Source of the DNA: a virus
Taxonomy: Duplodnaviria > Heunggongvirae > Uroviricota > Caudoviricetes
IMG/VR virus record: IMGVR_UViG_3300031521_000016
Location: 99,895-140,106 of that record
Strand: one strand, 5' to 3'
Length of the DNA stretch: 40,212 nucleotides
Part shown: positions 1-9,726 of the stretch, one piece after another
Position numbering within the stretch: the first letter of the stretch is position 1
Layout: each line of letters begins with the position of its first letter
The notes under the pieces: generated by a model
Database searches by the model: none
Told to the model about the DNA's origin: nothing
Seen by the model: only the letters and a program-made list of their open reading frames with translations
Made by a program: the position numbers and the translations under genes

Positions 1-320
1 TGGACATTTGTTATGCCAACTGCTCGTATACCCAATTCACATAGATTACTATTAAACAGTTCATTTGCTAATTTGCCCTTTTCACTGTTCAAAAACTCTA
101 TGTGACCGAATATTTTCATGTCTTCTGATGAAATATCAGTTATTGCATGTGTAGCATTACCTAAGTGTATTTCACAAGTGTCTGGATGTCCTAATTCACC
201 AATACATAGACTATTTTCTCTATTTAAGAATTTATCTATTGCAGTATTAACAGATTCTTCATTCACGTTATACCATCGTGTTGAATTAAAATCTGTAAGC
301 AAAACTTTATTTTTGTTCAT
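1..320 (-). CDS. T4 gp21-like prohead protease homolog (S80 family), truncated by window edge, catalytic Ser apparently replaced
   Basis: Not in ORF track because it runs off the window. Manual translation from ATG at 320: MNKNKVLLTDFNSTRWYNVNEESVNTAIDKFLNRENSLCIGELGHPDTCEIHLGNATHAITDISSEDMKIFGHIEFLNSEKGKLANELFNSNLCELGIRAVGITNV. GELGHP and the G-x-x-x-L-x-(T/S)-x-x-G-K pattern match gp21. Confidence 0.75.
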   Translation of the reverse strand, partial: MNKNKVLLTDFNSTRWYNVNEESVNTAIDKFLNRENSLCIGELGHPDTCEIHLGNATHAITDISSEDMKIFGHIEFLNSEKGKLANELFNSNLCELGIRAVGITNV

Positions 321-576
321 TTTGCAGTCTATCTATTTCTGCAGCAATAAGTGCTCCAGCAACTGTTAATTGTTCAATTTTAGTTTTGTTGACTATCTTT
401 TCTCTGAATTTAGTAGTCCATTGCCATGGCCATTCAAATATTTGTTGATCTATGCAGAACAAAGCGGCTTTAATAAGCTCGCCTTGTTTATAGTCTTCAT
501 CATTCTGAAGATTCCAATTGTGTTTTACAATCTGTTCTTCACGTTCTTCTGATATTAATTCGCTTCCCTTTTTCAT
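307..576 (-). CDS. conserved phage hypothetical protein (WPW...GALIAAEIDRL type)
   Basis: 89-aa ORF overlapping both neighbours; motifs EREEQI, GELIKAA, WPW and AGALIAAEIDRL recur in small phage proteins. Confidence 0.7.
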   Translation of the reverse strand: MKKGSELISEEREEQIVKHNWNLQNDEDYKQGELIKAALFCIDQQIFEWPWQWTTKFREKIVNKTKIEQLTVAGALIAAEIDRLQNEQK

Positions 577-956
577 AAATTTGTACCGTTTACTCTATCT
601 TCTATTTCATTCAATCTTTCATCTTTGACATACTTTATGCCATAGTGTGCACATAAATCTTTCAATGAAAAATAGATAGGGATATTATTTTCTTTTGCTA
701 CTTTTTCTTCTTCGTCTGCTCCACGACTTTTACCTGGTAGTCTTAGCATGCAATCTGCTACTTTTAACCATTCAAAATCCCATTGTAACCATTCATCATC
801 TGTTCTTGGATAAAACATGTGATGAAAATGTGCATAAAGTGGGTTAAAAGGCGCAAAACCTAACCTCGATAATTCTTCAAACTTATCTATTTGTCTTCTT
901 ACATTTAATGCTGAATCGCCTAATGTATAAGGACTTGCTACGTAAACTCTAATCAT
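573..956 (-). CDS. DUF4406/DUF1937-type nucleoside 2-deoxyribosyltransferase-like protein
   Basis: VYVASPY, GFAPFNP, WDFEWLKVADCMLRLPG, SRGADEE motifs. Confidence 0.8.
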   Translation of the reverse strand: MIRVYVASPYTLGDSALNVRRQIDKFEELSRLGFAPFNPLYAHFHHMFYPRTDDEWLQWDFEWLKVADCMLRLPGKSRGADEEEKVAKENNIPIYFSLKDLCAHYGIKYVKDERLNEIEDRVNGTNL

Positions 957-957
957 A

Positions 958-2631
958 TTATTCTACTGCTTCTATTGTAAATGATGAGAAACCTTTACTT
1001 TTCTCGATTTCTATTTTATAGTCAAATTCTGTTGAAGTTAAAGGATAGTGAGAAATTACAAAAGTGTTCAATTCTAAATCTCTAACAGTTTCTCTTAGAA
1101 TCTTCAAAATATGATATATCCCATCTCCGTCGATTGATGAAAATATCTCATCTAAGAAAATTATGTTCATTCCCGGGTATTTCAACTTCATTAATTTCAC
1201 TATTGAAAGTAAAACTGCAAAGTCAACCTTTTTTGATTCACCGGTACTTAATGTGTCAGGACTAACTTCTATACCAAAATGTGATATATGTGAGTTAAAT
1301 TCTTCATCAAAAAGTATACGATGTTCAATACCAAGCATATTTATTAAACGTTGAATCTCAGTATTTAGAGAGGGTAAGATAGAACGAATTGCCATCTGTT
1401 TTATACCTTTTTCGCCAAGTATTTCATCTACTAATGAAAAGAAATTTACTTTCTTTTCAGACATGAATTTGTTTTTACCAGACTGTTGGATATTCATCTT
1501 TGCCTCTTCAGCGATCTTCTTAAGTGATTGAGTCTGTTCAGATACATCACTGCCATTCTCTAAGATTATTCTAAGCTCATTATTTACACCTTTCAACTGT
1601 GTTTCAGCAGATGAAAGTTGTTTCATTACTGAATTTTTAGCTTGATCTATCTTCTCGTAAATTCCGTCTATTCTGGTTTGATGTTCTCTTAATGCATCTA
1701 TTCGTTTTAGACATCCAGTAAGATTCTCTTCTATAACTTTCTGATTATCTTTGTGGAAATCAGTAGTTAAATCTGAAGCACAAACCGGACATTGAGAATT
1801 TTCATAGAGTTTAATTTGCTGTGTAAGTTCTTTTTTATACTGCAATTCACCTGATAGACTCTTATCTATAGCTCGTTTCGTTTCTTTAGCTTTCCCTATC
1901 TTGGAATTTATTTCACTTTCTTTTGCATGCGATCTATCAATATACTCTTCAAGCTTTATTTTTTGCTCTTTTAATAATTCAACTTTTTCACCTCTTGATT
2001 CCAAGATACGTTTAGCAAGATTATTCAATTCATCTTCAGAACTTTTAAGTGTTTTACCAAATGCTGTAGCAGTTGCTCCTAATTGTTCTATCTCATCTTT
2101 AAGTCGCTTGGTTTGCTGTTTAAGCAAGTCTCGCATTTTATTTAGAATCTGCAAACCGAATATCTTATCAATAATTGCTCGTTTATCAAAGTTTGACATT
2201 TTGACAAATGATTTGAAATCATTGATAGATAATGAAAGAGTATTAGAGAATACGTAAAATGGCATTTCTAATAGTTCTTCTTCTAAAAAGTCTTGAACAG
2301 ATCGTTTTCCAGCTTTATCGATGTGTTTACCGTCTAAGAATAGTCTGAAATATCCTGGCTCTAGTCCTCTTTCAATAGTAACCAAACCTCTTCGAGTCTG
2401 AAGATCAATTTTTATCTCTGTATGCTTATTTAATCGGTTCGGAATATCTTTCATCTTTTTAGTTTCAAGCTTTCCGAATATTCCGAACTTTATAACGTCT
2501 GATAATGTAGATTTTCCATGACCGTTCTTACCTACTACTAAAGAAAATCCTGCTTTATCTGGCATTTCTATAACTTGTAGCTTGTTGCCATAACTACCAA
2601 AATTTCTAAATTCACAACGTAATATTTTCAT
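958..2631 (-). CDS. sbcC: SbcC/Rad50-like recombination endonuclease ATPase subunit (T4 gp46)
   Basis: Walker A GKNGHGKST, coiled coil with CPVC zinc hook, signature LSTGE, Walker B IFLDE. Confidence 0.95.
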   Translation of the reverse strand: MKILRCEFRNFGSYGNKLQVIEMPDKAGFSLVVGKNGHGKSTLSDVIKFGIFGKLETKKMKDIPNRLNKHTEIKIDLQTRRGLVTIERGLEPGYFRLFLDGKHIDKAGKRSVQDFLEEELLEMPFYVFSNTLSLSINDFKSFVKMSNFDKRAIIDKIFGLQILNKMRDLLKQQTKRLKDEIEQLGATATAFGKTLKSSEDELNNLAKRILESRGEKVELLKEQKIKLEEYIDRSHAKESEINSKIGKAKETKRAIDKSLSGELQYKKELTQQIKLYENSQCPVCASDLTTDFHKDNQKVIEENLTGCLKRIDALREHQTRIDGIYEKIDQAKNSVMKQLSSAETQLKGVNNELRIILENGSDVSEQTQSLKKIAEEAKMNIQQSGKNKFMSEKKVNFFSLVDEILGEKGIKQMAIRSILPSLNTEIQRLINMLGIEHRILFDEEFNSHISHFGIEVSPDTLSTGESKKVDFAVLLSIVKLMKLKYPGMNIIFLDEIFSSIDGDGIYHILKILRETVRDLELNTFVISHYPLTSTEFDYKIEIEKSKGFSSFTIEAVE

Positions 2632-3161
2632 AGTCCAAATTTTTTGCCAACAATAAATCCTCTTTTCTTATGTGTAAATTCTTCCCAGTTCATACCAGAG
2701 TTTTTCCAACTATCAGCTATTTCTCTATCAGCCAATTTGAACGATAGTATGTTATCGGGTAAGAATTGTGTCGCCATTAAGTCGATTCTCATACCCAGAT
2801 AACCATTCTCAAGATCGTTTACATCAGATAAAGATATATGATCTTCATTGTCTTTGATAATCATGGTGATTTCTATTGAATCACCAAAATCGAGGAAATA
2901 CCCATATAGTATGTGATTTCCTTTTCTCTGATAACGATGTTCATCATTTTCATTCATTGAACTTTGTCCTAGAATATTGTAGCCTATGTTATCTTTCGGT
3001 AAAAAACTAGCTATTATAGACATTCCATCATCTAAGTTTATTTCACGTTGCACATCTGGGGTAATGGACGTTTTTATGACATCATTTTTTCTATCTACAC
3101 CTCTTGTTCCAAATTTTTTAATCTGGGCTTCTATGTATAGTAACTGTTCTTGTTTAGTCAT
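2628..3161 (-). CDS. hypothetical protein with C-terminal RGFIVGKKFGL tag
   Basis: 177-aa ORF between gp47 and gp46 with overlapping stop/start; C-terminus shared with ORFs 36052..36552 and 36555..37031. Confidence 0.75.
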   Translation of the reverse strand: MTKQEQLLYIEAQIKKFGTRGVDRKNDVIKTSITPDVQREINLDDGMSIIASFLPKDNIGYNILGQSSMNENDEHRYQRKGNHILYGYFLDFGDSIEITMIIKDNEDHISLSDVNDLENGYLGMRIDLMATQFLPDNILSFKLADREIADSWKNSGMNWEEFTHKKRGFIVGKKFGL

Positions 3162-4275
3162 CTAATATATTTTCATTTAGTACTGAATAGTGTAGTTTTT
3201 TGATTGTAGTTAGTAGTAAGTTCTTTAACTTTTCATCATGTGATGATGCATTAATAGCTTTTTCTGCTAATGTAAGTAAATCAAAATTTTCAACTTCACA
3301 TTCTTCACTGATAACGTAACCTTGATCATCAACATCTGAGGTACGCGGAATAAATTCTAATCGTCTATATGTATTCTCTAAATCTTCTGAAAAGGCACTA
3401 AAAGGGAAAAGCATAGACCATTTCGGGTGTACTAAAATGTCTACGAAATTGTTCATGAACATCTTGTTTATATCTTCTATTTCCATTTCTAAGACTTTTT
3501 CAAATAAGATTCTTACGAACTTAGGTGAATAATCGTTAGATGTAAATTCTTCAACATCAGTTTCGAAATCGAGTTTCCAAATTCCTTTATCGTTTCCTAT
3601 GTCAGATCTCGTTAGTTGATAGGGACATCCTACCATCCTGAAATTTCTGCTTAATTGTGAATAGTGAATATGACCACTATATACACGTTTAAACTTATTC
3701 AGTAAATCTAATTGTATACCACCTTCTGATGCAGTATATTTACCCATCTTTAAGCCTTTTACTTCTGTATGACAGAATAGATAATCTGCATTGTTACCTT
3801 CAATAGTAGCAATTTCGTCTTCTACAGATTTTCTCCATGGCATTAAAAGTAATCTTTTTCCACCAGCAATTATAACTTCTGGTTCTTCAAAGATAAAGAC
3901 ATTAGGAATCCATTTTAAGCTCTTACTTGAATTGACTTCATTGGAATCTTTTCTGTACAAATCGTGATTTCCCAGTATGATAACAACTGGCATAATCTGT
4001 GCTAATTTCTCAAAAATTGAAACAGCTTCATTCAGTACAAGTAAGTTTAAAGAATGTCTTGAATCGAATACATCTCCACAGTGCATAATAAAATCACCAG
4101 GTTTGTAGTCTTTAGTGATAAGTGGAATAAAAAAGTTATCGAAATAATTCTTTATTATATCGAGCCATTCAATGGATGAATTTCTAACACCTAGATGTGT
4201 ATCCGTTACTATGAAAGCTCGTTTTAACTCTGGAAGTCTTTTACGATGTTCATAAATATCAAAATTATGACTCAT
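3154..4275 (-). CDS. sbcD: SbcD/Mre11-like recombination nuclease subunit (T4 gp47)
   Basis: Metallophosphoesterase motifs DTHLG, GDVFD, GNHD, FCH, SGHIH; upstream of gp46 homolog. Confidence 0.93.
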   Translation of the reverse strand: MSHNFDIYEHRKRLPELKRAFIVTDTHLGVRNSSIEWLDIIKNYFDNFFIPLITKDYKPGDFIMHCGDVFDSRHSLNLLVLNEAVSIFEKLAQIMPVVIILGNHDLYRKDSNEVNSSKSLKWIPNVFIFEEPEVIIAGGKRLLLMPWRKSVEDEIATIEGNNADYLFCHTEVKGLKMGKYTASEGGIQLDLLNKFKRVYSGHIHYSQLSRNFRMVGCPYQLTRSDIGNDKGIWKLDFETDVEEFTSNDYSPKFVRILFEKVLEMEIEDINKMFMNNFVDILVHPKWSMLFPFSAFSEDLENTYRRLEFIPRTSDVDDQGYVISEECEVENFDLLTLAEKAINASSHDEKLKNLLLTTIKKLHYSVLNENILDD

Positions 4276-4501
4276 ATTTTCGTATTGTTATTATGTATAG
4301 ATGTTTCCCAGATTCTTTATCTTTACGATTTTCACTGATATCTATTGGGAAACATAAACTTTTTTTATCTTTACCGACTATTATCGGTCCATGATTTCCT
4401 GAGTATTCATTTAGTTGTTCTGCAATCATTACAAATTCTTCAGTAAATTTTACTATCTCTTCTGTAAATGTTTCTTCATCAACGTATTTGAATTTTTTCA
4501 T
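4265..4501 (-). CDS. hypothetical protein
   Basis: 78-aa ORF tightly packed in operon. Confidence 0.6.
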   Translation of the reverse strand: MKKFKYVDEETFTEEIVKFTEEFVMIAEQLNEYSGNHGPIIVGKDKKSLCFPIDISENRKDKESGKHLYIITIRKYES

Positions 4502-4504
4502 TTT

Positions 4505-5203
4505 TTATTTGTTCATTTTACAATTGCTAAAATGATGTCGTTGCATTGCTCCAGTCCCTCCTATTTTTCCACAATGTGGACATTCTATTTTAGCTTTCGG
4601 TTTACGCATATTCTGCTTATGTTCTTCCGTTAACTTTTTGCCAGTCATAGTAGCTATCATTTTTAGCTTTGTTGCCTCGGAAAGTTTTTTTCCTGACATT
4701 CTAGCAGATAGATTAGCTCTGAATTTATCACTTTTATTAACCCATGGTTTCTTAGTACCCTTTTGCGCCTCTGAAATATTCTTTCGATGTTCATCAGACT
4801 TTTGCACTCCTTTAGCAGCATTACTCATACGTTGTCTTGTTTCTAGAGTTCTTTCCCATTCAGCCATTTTTTTACGTGATTCTAATGTATAACGTTTCCC
4901 AGTGGTTCCAGATGAGTAAGATCCTCCTTTTGCTATATTCATGCACAATGAGTCTTCTAAAAGTTCTTCATTTACTATCTCCCTTTCTCTATCAGATAAA
5001 GATGATCTATCAGATAAAAATTCTAAGACTTCTTTAACATGATTATCTATTCCATATTTCTTCAGAGATCTGTATATATGCAGTCCAGAACCCATATATC
5101 CATCATCAAGATTAGATGTAGAATGCATGCCTATATAATATTTACCCGTGATATTGCAAGTTATTTTATAGATATAGTGATAACTATGTGGTTTTCTTGG
5201 CAT
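4505..5203 (-). mobile_element. free-standing GIY-YIG homing endonuclease (Seg-like) with NUMOD3 repeats and C-terminal Zn-finger
   Basis: YIYKIT...YYIG N-terminus; repeated H/S-x-x-E-x-R/K-x-K/N-(M/I)-S units; terminal CPHCGK...HHFSNC. Confidence 0.9.
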
Positions 5204-5212
5204 TTTTTATTC

Positions 5213-5220
5213 TATATATA
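5213..5220 (-). promoter_or_regulatory. TATATATA variant of putative late-promoter box
   Basis: One mismatch to GATATATA, 9 nt upstream of endonuclease ATG. Confidence 0.4.
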
Positions 5221-5242
5221 AGCTTAAAGAACAAAATAAGCT

Positions 5243-5752
5243 CTAGAATAATTTTCGTTGTCCTCTCTTTTTTAGAATGCCGAATTTATTATCTAATTCT
5301 CTAACGAGGACTTCTCTGTATACCGCTGGGATATTTTCATAAAAAACTTCATAAGACATACTGAAATATTCTGCTATAATAGTAAAAAATTCAGTTTCTG
5401 TAAGTTCATCTTTTTTGAAACAATCCCTCATTGAAATATACAATCGTGGTATCATTTGTTTAGGAACTTTCTTTTTTGCTCCTAGAATAGTGCCGATTTC
5501 TGAAGTTTTGAAAAATGCATCAACTTTTTCCATATTTTGCATTTTCTCAAAATAGTTATTAGAATCATAATAACTTTCCATGTTGTTATCGATATACTCT
5601 TGATCTACTTTAGGAGGACCGTATTCTTCAAATTCTAAATTGCCTGTATTATAGTCATTTTGAAATATCTTGTCGGTCTTTAGTGGATTTACTCGTATAT
5701 CTTCTGCGGGTTCTTCATCCACAAAATCTTCTTCGAAAAGGGCCTTGCTCAT
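5243..5752 (-). CDS. hypothetical protein
   Basis: 169-aa acidic ORF, TAG stop. Confidence 0.75.
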   Translation of the reverse strand: MSKALFEEDFVDEEPAEDIRVNPLKTDKIFQNDYNTGNLEFEEYGPPKVDQEYIDNNMESYYDSNNYFEKMQNMEKVDAFFKTSEIGTILGAKKKVPKQMIPRLYISMRDCFKKDELTETEFFTIIAEYFSMSYEVFYENIPAVYREVLVRELDNKFGILKKRGQRKLF

Positions 5753-6829
5753 TTATTGTAATTTTTTTATTGCAGCTTCTAATGTATCTTCTAACGTATT
5801 ACTGATTTCAAGTTTTTTAGCACGCATTCTTATGTAGCGTTCACCTGAAAATTCTGGTTCTATACCGACAGTTAAAGTTTCATTATTCCCTTTTGATAGC
5901 CATTCTGCTAATTCAAATCTTGTAGTTTGTGCATATGCTCTAGTTGGGTTAAAATTTTCTTGCTTAGCTAACCAAAAAAGTATTACACCTTTTTTATTTG
6001 CCATGTTTAGATGTTTTGTTTCCCAATTAACTTGTACATCATATTTGAATTCTCCAGCTTCATAATTTCGTCTAGGTGATGCAATTTGAAAAGTTTTGTC
6101 TCCTCTATTTGCATTCAACCAATCAATCGCTTTGGATTGCCAATCTGGAGCATCTTGGATTGGTCCTGCTAAGAATATCGTATATAAATTAGGATCGCCA
6201 GCAGTACCAGGAATAATAACGTTAGGTTTAGTATTAATATCTGTTTTTTCTAGTTTTAATGATGGTTTATATGTCATATTACATTCTAGTTCTCCTGCAA
6301 ATACGTTTTGATCATAAAACTTTTTAATACCGTTTATAGAAAATGCTATCTGGTCTTCTGATACTGGAGTAAAATGATTAGCATCGGTTCCAACATTTAT
6401 CATGTTACGTTGTACTTTCCATAGGCCGTGTATATGACCGACAATATTGAAAAAGTCTGGTCTACCATTTACTGGATAGTGGTTCATGTAACACGATTCT
6501 CCTTTTACACCTATGAATCCGTCTGATGCTACATATTCAAAATACTGTTCTAACAGAGCATCTGATACATCAAATTTTGCTGTTGCTGCTTCATCGTAAT
6601 TACCCTTTATGAGTATTTTACGACCATTGCAGAGCTTCATTTTGTCAAGTCCTGCTTTAGATAATGCTACATCACCTATTACGATTACATAGTCATCTTT
6701 TGTTACTAATTTGTTCCAATTTTCTATGATGTGGTTATCCACTTCTTCTTTTGTCTTGAAAAGAATATCTCTTCCGAATAGATTTAATCTATCGTCATCA
6801 AAATGTAAGTCACTTGTAAAATATCTCAT
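5753..6829 (-). CDS. calcineurin-like metallophosphoesterase fused to C-terminal nucleoside 2-deoxyribosyltransferase-like domain
   Basis: N-half FTSDLHF, IGD, GNYD, HYP, GHIHG; C-half IFLAGPIQDAPDWQ, SPRR, QVNWE, ILFW, TTRFELAEW. Confidence 0.85.
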   Translation of the reverse strand: MRYFTSDLHFDDDRLNLFGRDILFKTKEEVDNHIIENWNKLVTKDDYVIVIGDVALSKAGLDKMKLCNGRKILIKGNYDEAATAKFDVSDALLEQYFEYVASDGFIGVKGESCYMNHYPVNGRPDFFNIVGHIHGLWKVQRNMINVGTDANHFTPVSEDQIAFSINGIKKFYDQNVFAGELECNMTYKPSLKLEKTDINTKPNVIIPGTAGDPNLYTIFLAGPIQDAPDWQSKAIDWLNANRGDKTFQIASPRRNYEAGEFKYDVQVNWETKHLNMANKKGVILFWLAKQENFNPTRAYAQTTRFELAEWLSKGNNETLTVGIEPEFSGERYIRMRAKKLEISNTLEDTLEAAIKKLQ

Positions 6830-7269
6830 TTTATTTTTCCTTTTTCAAATTTATCACTCTCTAAGTATACCAGAGATGTATAGAAATCATCCATTACATT
6901 CCCCATTAATGAATTAAAGTAATTATGGTTTATACTTCCGGTTTCATTCTGAATATTGGCTTTAACTCCATCATCGTCAATTTCAAAAATTCTATACTTA
7001 TTTGGATCAAGCTTTGGAATAATATGATATTCCTCATCATCGGCATCTATTTTTGGATTGCTTTGTACTGCATGTGCCAAGATGCCGTTATTTAATGCAT
7101 ATAGAAGAAACATATCTACTGAATCAATTATGCAATTGTCATTTTCTAAAAGAAAATTGTACATTCTATTCTTTTCGTCTTCTATTTTATCTGCAAAAGT
7201 CAAAGAATTATTGAACCATTTTACTGTCTTGCCAGATGAAACATCTCCTATCTCAAATCGTATTTTCAT
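6826..7269 (-). CDS. hypothetical protein
   Basis: 147-aa ORF overlapping neighbours. Confidence 0.7.
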   Translation of the reverse strand: MKIRFEIGDVSSGKTVKWFNNSLTFADKIEDEKNRMYNFLLENDNCIIDSVDMFLLYALNNGILAHAVQSNPKIDADDEEYHIIPKLDPNKYRIFEIDDDGVKANIQNETGSINHNYFNSLMGNVMDDFYTSLVYLESDKFEKGKIK

Positions 7270-7849
7270 GTTCTTCTATTTTAATCTTACCGTTAATCAT
7301 TTTAATATCGTGTATTGTCTTTGAGTAGCAATCTACAATTGCAAATTGTCCGTTACTCTGTATTTCTCTGGTTCCTATACCAGCAAAGTTTTTAGTTAGT
7401 GAAGGGGTGTCACATTCTATGAAATGCTTGCTTGCAGAAGAAAAAAAGTACCATTTAGAATCTGACTGATTAAATACGTATGTTGGATGTTCAACTATTA
7501 TTGACATTGCAACTGCCCAACCAGTACCACCTCCTACAATATTTGTATTCAAATCTAAGCTATTTGCTATAGCAAATGTAGCTTCAGAATACTTTATTTG
7601 ACACCAATTTCTTGCTAACAAATTCATATAGTTGTCTGGCCTACGATGAAGAATACTATTAGCTTTCTTTACCATTGCTTTACCTTCAATGAAATCTGCA
7701 GTGTTTATCTCAAAGTTACCAAATGGAGTTTTTGTATTGAGATAATAGTGATTGATATTATCGGGTAAAAGACCAGCTTTTTGGCCTATTTGATCCCATG
7801 CTCTATCAGAACCGATTGCTCCTCCTGAATGTAAAACAAAATTATTCAT
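7253..7849 (-). CDS. SLOG-superfamily (DprA/YspA-like) nucleotide-binding protein
   Basis: HSGGAIGSD, RN..Q, GGGTGWAV, FAGIGTR motifs. Confidence 0.7.
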   Translation of the reverse strand: MNNFVLHSGGAIGSDRAWDQIGQKAGLLPDNINHYYLNTKTPFGNFEINTADFIEGKAMVKKANSILHRRPDNYMNLLARNWCQIKYSEATFAIANSLDLNTNIVGGGTGWAVAMSIIVEHPTYVFNQSDSKWYFFSSASKHFIECDTPSLTKNFAGIGTREIQSNGQFAIVDCYSKTIHDIKMINGKIKIEEHENTI

Positions 7850-8372
7850 AGAGAATAGTTCGAATTTTAGTTGCTAAAAAAGATTGTCTGTCAAATGCAT
7901 CTATTTCCCATGGTCTATTTTCATAAGCTATAATATGCCCGTCATAAATTGAATCATTCCATAATACTAGCATATCATTTTTTATGATCAGATTTTTATT
8001 TCTGTATTGTGAGACGTGTATAAGTTCATGGGATAGTACATCTATAGATTTTTGTCTGCTATAATCACGAATATAGATATAGTATGAGCCGCTGAATTCT
8101 ACTACGTATGCATCAAATTCTATGCCCGCTTCTGTATTATTAGTAGACATTGGCAAAATTACAACATTCAAGTTTTTTAGATTCAGTGACTTGAGGCCTG
8201 CATAGACGATAGTATCTAAATACTTTTCTTTAGTACCATTTACTATCGTATTTTCTGTATCTATTGTTACTTTATTGAAGTATTTTTCTTTGGCTGTTAT
8301 AGCCAAATATAGCAGGTAAATTGAAAGTATCGATAATAGAACTATCGATATGATTATTAAAGTCTTTTTCAT
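7842..8372 (-). CDS. membrane-anchored zincin-like metallopeptidase
   Basis: N-terminal hydrophobic segment IIISIVLLSILSIYLLYLAI; HELIH (HExxH) followed by RPWEIDA. Confidence 0.7.
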   Translation of the reverse strand: MKKTLIIISIVLLSILSIYLLYLAITAKEKYFNKVTIDTENTIVNGTKEKYLDTIVYAGLKSLNLKNLNVVILPMSTNNTEAGIEFDAYVVEFSGSYYIYIRDYSRQKSIDVLSHELIHVSQYRNKNLIIKNDMLVLWNDSIYDGHIIAYENRPWEIDAFDRQSFLATKIRTILYE

Positions 8373-9682
8373 TATAGCCCTCCTTCGATAATTTGTGAGT
8401 TCAAATCTTCCAATATTCGCATATAATCGTAGTTGATAGTAAATCGTTTCTTAGAACCTTTATATCCTTCATCTCTATTTACAAGATTTTTGAAATAATA
8501 TTCATTATTCATTAACATCATACTATCTTGAATAATACCGAACATTGAGTCGACCGTGTGTATAAGACCAGCAGATTCAGAAATTTGTTCAATTGTAACA
8601 TCTGATGCATCGTATGCACCTCTATTAAACTGAGTAGCTGTCAAAATAGTCCAGTTATTTCTCATTGCCATGGCACGTAAATCTTCAGCAATCTGTTTAA
8701 TCTTCATATAAGTATTTTCCGTATTTGGATTTCTCCAGTTACGCATAATATTTATATAGTCGAGAACTATCAGCTTAAACTTTATGCCTTTTAGTTCTTC
8801 CATTCTTTTTAGCCAATTTTCAACGTCTATAACGGAAGCAGTTGATGTAGGAAACTCTTTTACTTTCAAAGCTCCAGGTGTACCAAACATACTATTTGAT
8901 GACACATTGGCAAGTCTTTTCTTTATTTCTGCACCGTCTTCAGCTATAGTTGCATATTCTTGCATTTTAATTCCTAATAGATTAGCACCCAATCTCTTGA
9001 TTACTTTTCTATCTGCCATCTCAAATGAAATATATGCTGTGTTATATCCATTTCGTACACCTTGTGAAGCTAAATTGGCTAACCAAATTGACTTACCAAT
9101 CTTAGGCTGTCCAGCTAATACGATTAAAGTTTTTGGAGTATAACCACCACCTAGAACTGTATCGATATACTCGTATCCAGATGAGAACGTTTCATTCTTA
9201 AATTGTCTGTGTGATTCAGGATTTGAAAAATCCAAACCTTCATCAAATTTAAAGTCTACATTATTTCTATCTGATATGATAGATTTTGCAGTCTGTACTA
9301 CATCTTTTACGTTTTCAGTATCTACTTTTGCAGTCTTAAGATATTGTACCAAATCTATAACAGATGCATCTAGATTTTTATATTCTATCCATGCTTCTGC
9401 TGATTCTGCAAGCCAAGTCTCTTCATATTGAGACATGTTAATCTCATATATAGCATCAATACGTTCATTTGGCAATCTTTCATCTAATCCCTTTAGTTTT
9501 GCAAGTTCTTTTATCTGAGATGCCGTTGGAGCTTTATGATACCGTTCTCTAAATTCTTTTCGAATATCGAAAACCTCTTTTAATGCTGGTATAGAAAAGA
9601 AGCGTGAAGATACAATTCCTTCTAATTCAGGACGTTGATCTATATAGTGATAAAAAATTTTTTCTAAATGTTGTGATTGCAT
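8372..9682 (-). CDS. dnaB: replicative DNA helicase, DnaB-like (T4 gp41)
   Basis: Walker A GQPKIGKS, SFEM, VLDYINIM, LRAMA...LTATQFNR. Confidence 0.93.
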   Translation of the reverse strand: MQSQHLEKIFYHYIDQRPELEGIVSSRFFSIPALKEVFDIRKEFRERYHKAPTASQIKELAKLKGLDERLPNERIDAIYEINMSQYEETWLAESAEAWIEYKNLDASVIDLVQYLKTAKVDTENVKDVVQTAKSIISDRNNVDFKFDEGLDFSNPESHRQFKNETFSSGYEYIDTVLGGGYTPKTLIVLAGQPKIGKSIWLANLASQGVRNGYNTAYISFEMADRKVIKRLGANLLGIKMQEYATIAEDGAEIKKRLANVSSNSMFGTPGALKVKEFPTSTASVIDVENWLKRMEELKGIKFKLIVLDYINIMRNWRNPNTENTYMKIKQIAEDLRAMAMRNNWTILTATQFNRGAYDASDVTIEQISESAGLIHTVDSMFGIIQDSMMLMNNEYYFKNLVNRDEGYKGSKKRFTINYDYMRILEDLNSQIIEGGL

Positions 9683-9700
9683 ATCTTATTGTTTATAAAC

Positions 9701-9726
9701 CTTTTAGTGATGGGTTGAAAGAGTTC
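9701..9726 (-). promoter_or_regulatory. bipartite promoter-like motif GAACTCTTT-N10-CTAAAAG
   Basis: Same two boxes and spacing upstream of several replication genes. Confidence 0.55.
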
